64,000 nucleotides of DNA from Pseudomonadota bacterium (lineage in GTDB: Bacteria > Desulfobacterota > Anaeroferrophillalia > Anaeroferrophillales > Tharpellaceae), in the NCBI GenBank assembly GCA_011049115.1, contig DSCM01000051.1:8010-72009 (forward strand), read 5' to 3'. Made by a program: the position numbers and the translations under genes. The stretch's first letter is position 1, and each line of letters starts with the position of its first letter. This document shows, piece after piece, positions 37,130 through 45,150 of the stretch. The notes beneath the pieces were generated by a model. The model saw nothing but the letters and a program-made list of their open reading frames with translations. It was not told the origin of the DNA and made no database searches.

Positions 37130-38506
37130 ATGCCGACAACCATGAGCGACCAGGAAGTTCGCCAAACTATCTGCCTTTTTCTGGTCGCCTGGGAAAAACA
37201 ACCGCAACCGTTGACGCCGAGCTTCGAAAACTTTCTCCGCCTGGGGAAAAAGAATCTCAACCCACCCCAGAGAACCATGGCCACCAACCTGATCGCCGGG
37301 GTTGTGCGCGAGCGTTTGCGCCTTGATCATTTCATTGCCCGGCTGAGCCGCACCGGCGGCGCCAACCAGCCGGGCATGCAGAACCTCCTGCGCCTGGCGC
37401 TCTTTGAACTCGAGGCTCAGGGAGCGCGGCCCCGCCCATCATTCGCCATCGTGTCGGAAGCGGTCAACCTGTGCAAAATCATAGCCCCGGGCCGGGAAGG
37501 TTATGTCAACGCGATCCTGCGCAACTTCCTGCGCCGGGGCAGCGCCGAACTACTCCCGGAAGACAACGACCTGGCCGCAAACCTCTCTCTGCACTATTCC
37601 CTGCCGTTGTGGCTGGTCGAAAAATGGCAACAAGAATTCGGCCTAAAACCATGCCGCCGGCTCTGCCGCCAGGCCAATATCTTTGCCGGCACCACTTTTC
37701 GGGTTAACCAGCTCAAAATTTCACGCGCGGAGCTGTTAGACCGGCTGGTCGCTGCAGGCCCCAGCGGGCTGCGCCGCGGTTCCTGCAGCGCAGGCGCTTT
37801 CAGCACCACGCAGGCCTCCGCCCTGATCGACTCACCCTGGTTTAAAGAGGGATTTATCAGTGTGCAGGACGAGGGGGCCCAGCTCATCGGCGAACTGGTC
37901 AACCCGAAACCCGGAGAAACCATTCTCGACGCCTGCGCCGCTCCCGGCGGCAAAAGCGCCCATCTGGCGGAACTCAGCCGGGACCAAAGCCATATTTTCG
38001 CGGCCGATCGAGACCGGAAACGCCTGCGCCTGATTTCAGAAAACAACCTGCGTCTGCAGCTCTCGTCCATCACGCCGGCGGCCCTTGATCTGACTCAACC
38101 GTTGCCGGCCGCATGGCCGCAAAGCTATGACGCCATCTTACTTGACACCCCCTGTTCCGGCCTGGGCGTCATCCGCCGGCGCGCCGATCTGCGCTGGCGC
38201 AAAAGTCCTCGGGAAATCGCCGAACTGGCCGTAATTCAATTGCAAATTCTGGAAAATTGTTCTAGATATCTGCGCCCCGGAGGGCGTTTGATCTATGCCA
38301 CCTGTACCGTCAGCCAGCCGGAGAACCAGGATAATCTGAAGAGATTTTTAGCTCGCAACCCCGCTTTTCGACTGCAGAGCCGCGATGAAATTGAGCCGGC
38401 CCACCTGCGTCGGCTGATCAGCCGGCAGGGTTTTCTTGAAACCAGCTTTCTCGACGAAGAAAGCATGGACGGTTTTTTTGCCGCCCGGCTGATCAGAACC
38501 TGCTAA
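37130..38506 (+). CDS. rsmB: 16S rRNA (cytosine967-C5)-methyltransferase RsmB (ORF open from 37058; start uncertain, ATG 37130 or 37142)
   Basis: It has an N-terminal NusB-like region and a C-terminal SAM methyltransferase domain with ILDACAAPGGKSAHLAE, LLDTPCSGLGVIRRRADLRW and IYATCT motifs. Confidence 0.85.
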   Translation: MPTTMSDQEVRQTICLFLVAWEKQPQPLTPSFENFLRLGKKNLNPPQRTMATNLIAGVVRERLRLDHFIARLSRTGGANQPGMQNLLRLALFELEAQGARPRPSFAIVSEAVNLCKIIAPGREGYVNAILRNFLRRGSAELLPEDNDLAANLSLHYSLPLWLVEKWQQEFGLKPCRRLCRQANIFAGTTFRVNQLKISRAELLDRLVAAGPSGLRRGSCSAGAFSTTQASALIDSPWFKEGFISVQDEGAQLIGELVNPKPGETILDACAAPGGKSAHLAELSRDQSHIFAADRDRKRLRLISENNLRLQLSSITPAALDLTQPLPAAWPQSYDAILLDTPCSGLGVIRRRADLRWRKSPREIAELAVIQLQILENCSRYLRPGGRLIYATCTVSQPENQDNLKRFLARNPAFRLQSRDEIEPAHLRRLISRQGFLETSFLDEESMDGFFAARLIRTC

Positions 38507-38529
38507 AACCAGACTTCAAGGTAAAAACT

Positions 38530-39183
38530 ATGCGCATGATCGCCCCTTCTATATTATCGGCCGACTTCAGTCGTTTGGGCGAGGAAATTCGGGCCCTCGA
38601 CCAGGCCGGAGCGGATCTGATCCATATCGATGTCATGGACGGCCATTTCGTCCCCAATCTGACCATCGGCGCCGGGGTCGTCAAAGCTTTACGCCCCCAC
38701 AGCAAACTTCTCTTCGACGTGCACCTGATGATCTCCGAGCCAGAGCGTTACATCGATGACTTCGCGGCGGCCGGAGCCGACATTCTCACGGTCCATCAGG
38801 AATCCGGGGTTCATCTGCACCGGCTGCTGCAAATGATAAAAGCCCACCAGCTCAAAGCCGGAGTTTCACTGAACCCGGCGACTCCGGCCGTCATGCTGGA
38901 GGATGTCATCGCCGAAATCGACCTGGTCCTGGTGATGACCGTCAATCCGGGCTTTGGCGGCCAGCAGATGATTCCCGCCGCCCTCAACAAAATTTCCCGG
39001 CTCAGAAAACTGGCCGAGAACCGGGAGAAGCCCCTATTGATCGAGGTTGACGGCGGCATCAACGCCGAAAATATCGCTCGGGCCGAAGCCGCCGGCGCCG
39101 ATATTTTCGTCGCCGGTTCCGCAGTTTTCAGCTCTCCTGATTACGAAACCAATATCGCCAAACTAAAAAAAGCCGGGTTGTAA
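38530..39183 (+). CDS. rpe: ribulose-phosphate 3-epimerase
   Basis: 217 aa. It carries IAPSILSADFSRLGEEIRALDQAGADLIHIDVMDGHFVPNLT... and ...MTVNPGFGGQ. Confidence 0.95.
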   Translation: MRMIAPSILSADFSRLGEEIRALDQAGADLIHIDVMDGHFVPNLTIGAGVVKALRPHSKLLFDVHLMISEPERYIDDFAAAGADILTVHQESGVHLHRLLQMIKAHQLKAGVSLNPATPAVMLEDVIAEIDLVLVMTVNPGFGGQQMIPAALNKISRLRKLAENREKPLLIEVDGGINAENIARAEAAGADIFVAGSAVFSSPDYETNIAKLKKAGL

Positions 39184-39340
39184 ACCCCAGCCTTTTATAG
39201 TTTGGCCTTCTCCTTTAACAGGCTACCCCATATAATCGACCCCAAACCGTTAAGCTGAAAACGTTGGGTTGGCCTGCGGATAGAACTCAATCCCTTGGTC
39301 ATCCACGCGGAAGACGCTGCCCTCGCAGCCACCGACCAGA

Positions 39341-41302
39341 CTAATACTCCAGGAAACCACGCAGTTTGCGGCTGCGGCTGGGATGCCTGAGTTTACGCAG
39401 CGCCTTGGCCTCGATCTGACGAATCCGCTCCCGCGTCACCTCAAAATCCTGGCCCACCTCTTCCAGGGTGTGATCGCAACGTTCACCGATACCGAAACGC
39501 AGGCGCAAAACCTTTTCCTCCCTTGAAGTCAGGCTGCCCAAAACCTGCTGGGTCTGCGTCGCGAGATCCCCTCTGACCACCGAATCCAGAGGGTTGATCG
39601 CCTTTTTATCCTCGATGAAATCACCCAGATGGCTATCCTCTTCCTCCCCGATCGGGGTTTCCAGGGAAATCGGCTCCTTGGCGATTTTCAGGACTTTTTT
39701 AACCTTGTCAATGGCGATATCCATACGTTCGGCGATTTCCTCCGGAGTCGGTTCCCGGCCCAGTTCCTGCAGCAGAACCCGGGAGGTCCGAATCAATTTA
39801 TTAATCGTCTCAATCATATGGACGGGAATCCGGATGGTGCGCGCCTGATCGGCAATAGCCCTGGTAATGGCCTGACGAATCCACCAGGTGGCGTAGGTGC
39901 TGAATTTGTAGCCCCGCTGGTACTCAAATTTATCAACCGCTTTCATCAGGCCGACATTACCCTCCTGAATCAGATCCAGAAATTGCAGACCGCGGTTAGT
40001 ATACTTCTTGGCAATACTGACTACCAGTCGCAGGTTGGCTTTAATCAGCTGGTTTTTGGCATTTTCCGCCTTGCGTTCCCCCACCGAAATCTGCTGATCC
40101 ACCCGCTTCAGATCTGCCAGGCTCAAACCGGTTTCGTCGCTGATTCTTTTCAGTTTGGCACTGAGATTATCGATCCTGAACCAGAGATCATCAAAACTGT
40201 CCGCATCCAGCTTGTACTGCCGGCAAAAAGACTGGCGTTGGCTTTCGTCCTTAAGACAATTGCGGCACAGAATCCGCAGGTTACGTAAACGCGTCTGATA
40301 GCGGGCTTCAAGCCGATCAATCATTTTCTCCAGATTACGCCCCATGTCGACATAACTCTTGAGGCTGGCAATAATATCTTCAATCACCGCGGGCCTGAGC
40401 TTGATGGCGTAAAACTGGGCCATAATCTCACGCTCATTGGCTTTCAAACGCCCTCGAATTGAGCTTCTCTGCACGGAATAACGCAGATCTCCATCCGGAT
40501 GTTTCAGACGATTACGCAGACTGCGATTCTCATAGAAAAGCTCCGTTATGCTCTCAATCCCGCTGATAATTCTCTGAGCCAGACTTTCATCATCCTGATC
40601 AGCTTCATTTTCCGAAGCAATCAGTTCGGCGACCCCTTTTTGTTCTTCGAGAGCTTCATCATCGTCGGTCGTGACCGTGCTGTCACCATCAACTTCCTCG
40701 TCATCAAGCGAGACCATCACATCAAGGTCTTCTTCGATTTCCACTTCCTCTTCGATATCACGACTGATTGATTTGACACTGATTTTCTCCGCTTTAAGCA
40801 ACTCACCAAAATACTTGAGGCTGTTCACCGTCAGTACGGATTTCAGCAGGGCTTTGATTACCTCTCTTTCGCCTTCATCAATCTTTTTGGCAATATCCAC
40901 TTCACCTTCGCGGGTCAGAAGCGGCACCGAGCCCATTTCCCAAAGGTACATGCGCACCGGATCATGATGACGCTCCGACGAGCCGTCGGAGCCCGAATCC
41001 GAGTTTCCGACACCCAGCTCATTTTTACCTTCACGGTCTCCGGCCTCCAAGAGCTTTGGAGACTTTTCTCCATCGATAATCTCAATACCCATCTCCGCAA
41101 AGAGCATCAGCATTTCGTCAATCTTTTCCGGGGACACGGCTTCAGGCGGAAGAACATCATTGATCTGGGCATAGGAAAGAAAACCATTCTCCTTGCCTTG
41201 GATGATTAAGTTTCTGATATCATCCGAATTAATAATCGTCTCCGAACCCTTCGCCTTACCGGCAAGCGCTACGGCGCCTTTTAATATTACCGACATTTTC
41301 AC
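39341..41302 (-). CDS. rpoD: primary sigma factor RpoD (sigma-70)
   Basis: 653 aa. It has regions 2-4 ([54 protein letters not shown]; [41 protein letters not shown]). Confidence 0.97.
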   Translation of the reverse strand: MKMSVILKGAVALAGKAKGSETIINSDDIRNLIIQGKENGFLSYAQINDVLPPEAVSPEKIDEMLMLFAEMGIEIIDGEKSPKLLEAGDREGKNELGVGNSDSGSDGSSERHHDPVRMYLWEMGSVPLLTREGEVDIAKKIDEGEREVIKALLKSVLTVNSLKYFGELLKAEKISVKSISRDIEEEVEIEEDLDVMVSLDDEEVDGDSTVTTDDDEALEEQKGVAELIASENEADQDDESLAQRIISGIESITELFYENRSLRNRLKHPDGDLRYSVQRSSIRGRLKANEREIMAQFYAIKLRPAVIEDIIASLKSYVDMGRNLEKMIDRLEARYQTRLRNLRILCRNCLKDESQRQSFCRQYKLDADSFDDLWFRIDNLSAKLKRISDETGLSLADLKRVDQQISVGERKAENAKNQLIKANLRLVVSIAKKYTNRGLQFLDLIQEGNVGLMKAVDKFEYQRGYKFSTYATWWIRQAITRAIADQARTIRIPVHMIETINKLIRTSRVLLQELGREPTPEEIAERMDIAIDKVKKVLKIAKEPISLETPIGEEEDSHLGDFIEDKKAINPLDSVVRGDLATQTQQVLGSLTSREEKVLRLRFGIGERCDHTLEEVGQDFEVTRERIRQIEAKALRKLRHPSRSRKLRGFLEY

Positions 41303-41438
41303 CTCACCAACATGGTTGATAATCTGCTTCGAGAAAGCGGCGCCCGAATTAGATTTAACAGGAAATCATTTTTCAGCAAACCTGCAGGTTCAAGCCCCAA
41401 ATCCCAAAATAAATTCAGGCCCTGGATTAAAAATCACC

Positions 41439-43283
41439 TCAAACCTTGGAAGCCTGTTCCCAGCAGGTTTTTTTCAACTCCATTTTACGGCGCAGAAGGG
41501 CGAACATCTGCTCTTCGTCCCGACAACCGAGCAACTCACGATCAAGCGAACGCCCCGTATCCCGGGCCAAACGCCGCCGCATACTGTAAAAACAGTCTGC
41601 CACAACCTTGCGGGCCATTTCCGCGTCTTCGGCCTGAACCGGAAGATGTACCAACCGGGCATACAGAGAGCCCAGCTCATCATCTTCACCCTCAGCCGCC
41701 AGTCGCCCGAGCCAATCAGCATTTTCGCGATCGTCTTCATAATCAGCCAGGACCTTAAAAAAACGACGACACGGCTGATTTTCCACAATTTCCAGATATT
41801 CTCCGGCGACCTCCTGCCGAAGCTGCGGGTAACGCAACAAGGCGGCGAGAATTTCCTCCTCGGGCAAAACCGCTGTCTTTAGGCGGATCGCGGCAAGGTT
41901 CGAGCCCCGGCCACCCGATACGGCGCTCTCCCCTGCGGCCCCGAAAGGATCAGCCCCGGGAAACGGCCGCTTCTGCCTGATTCGACGATATTCGTCAAGC
42001 ACAATCTCTTCGGCTATCCGCAATTTCTCCGCCACGGTCCGCAAAGCCATCCCCCGCAACGAGTTATCCGGCAGCCGCATAATCATCTCCAGAACCTGAG
42101 TCAGAAACTGCAAGCGGTCATTATAAGCATTCAGCGCCGCCCCTTTTTCCTCAAGATAAAGATCAAAGAGGGAACTCCGGCAATCAAGGGCCCTGATCAA
42201 CCCGGAGACATCCCGTCCCCGGGCGAGCTGATCCGGGTCCTTGATACCTTCCGGCAACAGCACAATCTCGGGCATGATACCGACCCCCATAAACAGAGGC
42301 AGAGCCCGGTATGCCGCCGCCCGGCCGGCTTTATCATTGTCAAAAAACACCGCCACCCGACCGGTATAACGTTTTACCGCGGCGACGTTCTCCTCCGACA
42401 AGGCCGTGCCCAACGTCGCCACGACATTATCAATCCCCCGCAGGTAGAGGGAAAGGGCATCCATGTAACCTTCGACGAGAAAGGCCATGCCCTGCGTGGC
42501 GATCCCCGAACGAGCGTGGTGCAGGTCATAAAGCAGACGCCGCTTGTTAAACAACGGAGACTCCGGACTGTTAAGGTATTTAGGCTCGGCATCACCCAAA
42601 GAACGCCCGCCAAAACCGATAACCTGTCCGGAAACATCCCGAATCGGGAACATCAAACGATCACGAAAACGATCGTAACTATGGCTGCCGCCCTCCTTGA
42701 GCACCAAAAGTCCGGCCCTGACGGCGACCGCTTCCGCAACCTTGCGCCGACGCAGCTCATCTTTCAATCCCGACCAGGTATCCGGGGCAAAACCCAGCCC
42801 GAAGTTTTTCGCCTGAGCTGGGGTAATACCTCGCTTCACCAGATAATGCCCGGCCTTGCCGGATAAATTATCCTGCAGCTGACGAACAAAAAAAGCGTGG
42901 GCCGCGGCCACGGCCTGGCTCAGTTTTTCCCGTTCACTACGAGCCCGGGCCTGTTCTTCGGCGCTGCCTCTGCGCTGCTCATAAACGGAAATATCAATCC
43001 CGGTCCGAGTCGCCAGCCGCACCAGGGTTTCGGGATAGGAGAGATTTTCAATCCTTTTCAGAAAAGCAATGGCGTCGCCTCCCACCCCGCACCCGAAACA
43101 ATGAAAGATCCCTTTTCCCTGATGGACTGTGAAGGAGGGTGTTTTTTCGCTGTGAAAGGGGCACAACCCTTTAAAATTGACTCCGGCCTGAGTCAAAGCC
43201 ACGTAGTCCCTGATCAGCTCGACAATATCAATGCGAGCCCTGAGATCATTGACAAATTCAGGTGGAAAAAAATATGACGTCAT
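41439..43283 (-). CDS. dnaG: DNA primase DnaG
   Basis: 614 aa. It has the Zn-ribbon CPFHSEKTPSFTVHQGKGIFHCFGCGVGGDAIAF and a TOPRIM domain (LVEGYMD...FDNDKAG). It lies upstream of rpoD. Confidence 0.95.
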   Translation of the reverse strand: MTSYFFPPEFVNDLRARIDIVELIRDYVALTQAGVNFKGLCPFHSEKTPSFTVHQGKGIFHCFGCGVGGDAIAFLKRIENLSYPETLVRLATRTGIDISVYEQRRGSAEEQARARSEREKLSQAVAAAHAFFVRQLQDNLSGKAGHYLVKRGITPAQAKNFGLGFAPDTWSGLKDELRRRKVAEAVAVRAGLLVLKEGGSHSYDRFRDRLMFPIRDVSGQVIGFGGRSLGDAEPKYLNSPESPLFNKRRLLYDLHHARSGIATQGMAFLVEGYMDALSLYLRGIDNVVATLGTALSEENVAAVKRYTGRVAVFFDNDKAGRAAAYRALPLFMGVGIMPEIVLLPEGIKDPDQLARGRDVSGLIRALDCRSSLFDLYLEEKGAALNAYNDRLQFLTQVLEMIMRLPDNSLRGMALRTVAEKLRIAEEIVLDEYRRIRQKRPFPGADPFGAAGESAVSGGRGSNLAAIRLKTAVLPEEEILAALLRYPQLRQEVAGEYLEIVENQPCRRFFKVLADYEDDRENADWLGRLAAEGEDDELGSLYARLVHLPVQAEDAEMARKVVADCFYSMRRRLARDTGRSLDRELLGCRDEEQMFALLRRKMELKKTCWEQASKV

Positions 43284-43307
43284 TATTGAAAAATCCGGCG
43301 CTGCAAC

Positions 43308-44180
43308 TCACGCTTCCGGTTCGAGTGAAGGAAAATCAGCCGGCGTAATCCGGCCCCGCCGCATGGCCAGTTCCAGGTTGAGTCCGGCCAGCAGACGATA
43401 AGCCTTAAGATAATCGGGAAACTGCCGCCGCAAGGCTTCCAGATGAGCCCTAATCGTGGCGTCGTCACCCCGCACAATCGGTCCGGTCAGAGCCTCGGCC
43501 GGAGAAACCCGCTCCAGATTTTCAAAACTGCCGCGAATCAGGGGCAACAGCATCCGTCTGGCGGTATTTTCATCAACCCCGATCCCGGCCATCATGCTGA
43601 TGGCCATGCCTTCAAGAGCGATAAAAAAATTAGATGAAACCACCGCCGCGGCATGATAAAGAACCTTATCCTCGGCCGCCAGGCGCACCAAGTGACCGGA
43701 AAGCGCGCGCACCAGTTCCTCCGCCAGCGGCAAAGCCCGTTCGTCACCTTCAAAGGAAAAAAAACTTCCCGGCAACGCCTTGATCGCGCCGGCGGGATCC
43801 GCCAGACTCTGCAGGGGATGCAGAGAAAAGGTCGAAGCCCCCAGAGCCTGCAGGGAGGAAAGCTCAAGCGAGGTCAAGGCCCCACTGAGATGAGCAAAAA
43901 AGATTCCGGAGAAATTCGCGGCCGGTTGCGAGGCCGCCAAAGCCAGCGCCAACGGTTTGATATTGCGATCCTGCACCGCCAGAAACACCAGGGAACTTTC
44001 CGCCACTGCGGCGGCCGGGCTGCCGCAGTGCACCGGGACCCCTTCTATCCACCGGTTCAGAAGCTGTACTTTCTCAGGATTGCGATCGTAAACCCGCAGC
44101 GCGGTCCAACCCTGACGCCACAATAAGACCGCCAATGCCAGGCCCACCCGCCCTAATCCGATGATCGCGATTGATTTCAA
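43308..44180 (-). CDS. Rossmann-fold oxidoreductase-like protein with DUF2520-type C-terminus (TTG start)
   Basis: 290 aa. It has an N-terminal dinucleotide-binding motif IAIIGLGRVGLALA. Its length and C-terminal region are consistent with the Rossmann-like/DUF2520 family. Confidence 0.6.
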   Translation of the reverse strand: MKSIAIIGLGRVGLALAVLLWRQGWTALRVYDRNPEKVQLLNRWIEGVPVHCGSPAAAVAESSLVFLAVQDRNIKPLALALAASQPAANFSGIFFAHLSGALTSLELSSLQALGASTFSLHPLQSLADPAGAIKALPGSFFSFEGDERALPLAEELVRALSGHLVRLAAEDKVLYHAAAVVSSNFFIALEGMAISMMAGIGVDENTARRMLLPLIRGSFENLERVSPAEALTGPIVRGDDATIRAHLEALRRQFPDYLKAYRLLAGLNLELAMRRGRITPADFPSLEPEA

Positions 44181-44212
44181 GCTTCAGCCGCCATGAAATA
44201 CTTACTAAGCAT

Positions 44213-44245
44213 AAAAAACAAGAGCCGCCGGCCTTGCCGACGGCT
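44213..44245 (-). terminator. intrinsic-terminator-like hairpin 33 nt upstream of the DUF2520-dnaG-rpoD start codon (attenuator or end of a small RNA)
   Basis: The minus strand reads AGCCGUCGGC-AAG-GCCGGCGGCU, a 10-bp stem whose one odd pair is a G-U only in this orientation. It is followed by CUUGUUUUUU. Confidence 0.55.
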
Positions 44246-44373
44246 GATGGTAATCCGTGATCCTTCATCCCCAATAAAATCAGGCAAGGAAGCTCCCTTG
44301 TACAATAATTTTACGGATTCATGAAGCGCGAACCCGCGGACCGAGTTTGATCTTCAAGGTTAAAACTGAGTAT

Positions 44374-44402
44374 AAGATAACCGGCCAGCATCAGACTGTC
44401 AA
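44374..44402 (-). promoter_or_regulatory. sigma-70-type promoter
   Basis: The minus strand reads TTGACA (44402-44397), a 17-nt spacer, then TATCTT (44379-44374). It lies about 190 nt upstream of the TTG start at 44180. Confidence 0.55.
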
Positions 44403-44431
44403 GCTGCGGAACGCAAAATATTTACAAATCG

Positions 44432-44520
44432 CTACTGCGGGAATAATCCCGCAACCCAAAATGTCCTTCACGGCCCGTACCAAAAGGTATTTCCTTTGGT
44501 CACAATGAAGTGCTCTTATC
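44432..44520. repeat. copy B of the two-copy intergenic repeat (see 28296-28384)
   Basis: The same hand alignment as for copy A applies. It contains the perfect-arm palindrome TGCGGG-AATAAT-CCCGCA. An A/T-rich imperfect hairpin (GTTTCTTGTT...AACAAGAAAC) follows at about 44543-44590. Confidence 0.6.
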
Positions 44521-44652
44521 TGGCCCAGCAGAGCTGGATAAGTTTCTTGTTGTTGTGGTTGAAAAAATGTCGAAAAAAACAAGAAAACAACCTGTAAGGT
44601 AGTGATCTAAAAACATCGCTTCTTCCCGGTCGGTCGCCAGACCCGCGGGCAC

Positions 44653-44692
44653 AAAAAAAAGGTACCGAAGCCTACGCTTCGGTACCTTTTTT
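44653..44692 (-). terminator. strong bidirectional rho-independent terminator after the porin gene
   Basis: A8 - GGTACCGAAGC-CTAC-GCTTCGGTACC - T6. This is a perfect 11-bp stem, 36 nt past the stop at 44728. Confidence 0.85.
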
Positions 44693-44727
44693 GATTACTC
44701 CGCCCTCTAAAAGGCGGCGCCCCTTCA

Positions 44728-45105
44728 CTAGAAACGGAAGGTCAGCCCGGCATTGACCAGAAGCAGGTCGCCGCTGGTATCGTAAAGATAGGGCTCGTCA
44801 TCATTGTAATCAGTGTAGGAGGCATTAAGATTAAGGGTCAGCCGTTCATTGAAATCATAGGAACAACCCAGATAGTACTCAACCTCTTTGATTTTAAGAT
44901 CGCTGTTGTCTTCCCAGACGCTGAAAGCCAGGCCGTGATCATAGCCAAAGGTCGCCGGCTGTTTGCCTTCGAAATAGGCGGCGCTGAGATTGTCCATCTC
45001 GGCCTCGCCCCAGTTGAAGATAATTCCGCCATTGAACTTCAGCTTTTTGCTGGCTTCAAAATCGGCGCCGAACAGCAGGGTGTGAACGTTGGTCTTGTAC
45101 TCCAT
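44728..45105 (-). CDS. C-terminal segment of an MtrB/PioB-family outer-membrane barrel (in frame with 45151-47076, separated by one TGA)
   Basis: 125-aa ORF with no signal peptide and no Shine-Dalgarno. It has a beta-strand-like alternating pattern and ends ...LLVNAGLTFRF (C-terminal Phe, OMP beta-signal). Confidence 0.7.
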   Translation of the reverse strand: MEYKTNVHTLLFGADFEASKKLKFNGGIIFNWGEAEMDNLSAAYFEGKQPATFGYDHGLAFSVWEDNSDLKIKEVEYYLGCSYDFNERLTLNLNASYTDYNDDEPYLYDTSGDLLLVNAGLTFRF

Positions 45106-45150
45106 ATCCGACAGTGTGTACCCAAAACTTGGGGACGCGAAGGAGCCCGC

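Noticed and set aside
44177-44194. A five-codon mini-ORF (MAAEA-stop) overlapping the TTG start of the DUF2520 gene, considered as a possible leader peptide.
   Set aside because: It is too short and lacks a Shine-Dalgarno. There is no codon-bias signature of a regulatory leader peptide.
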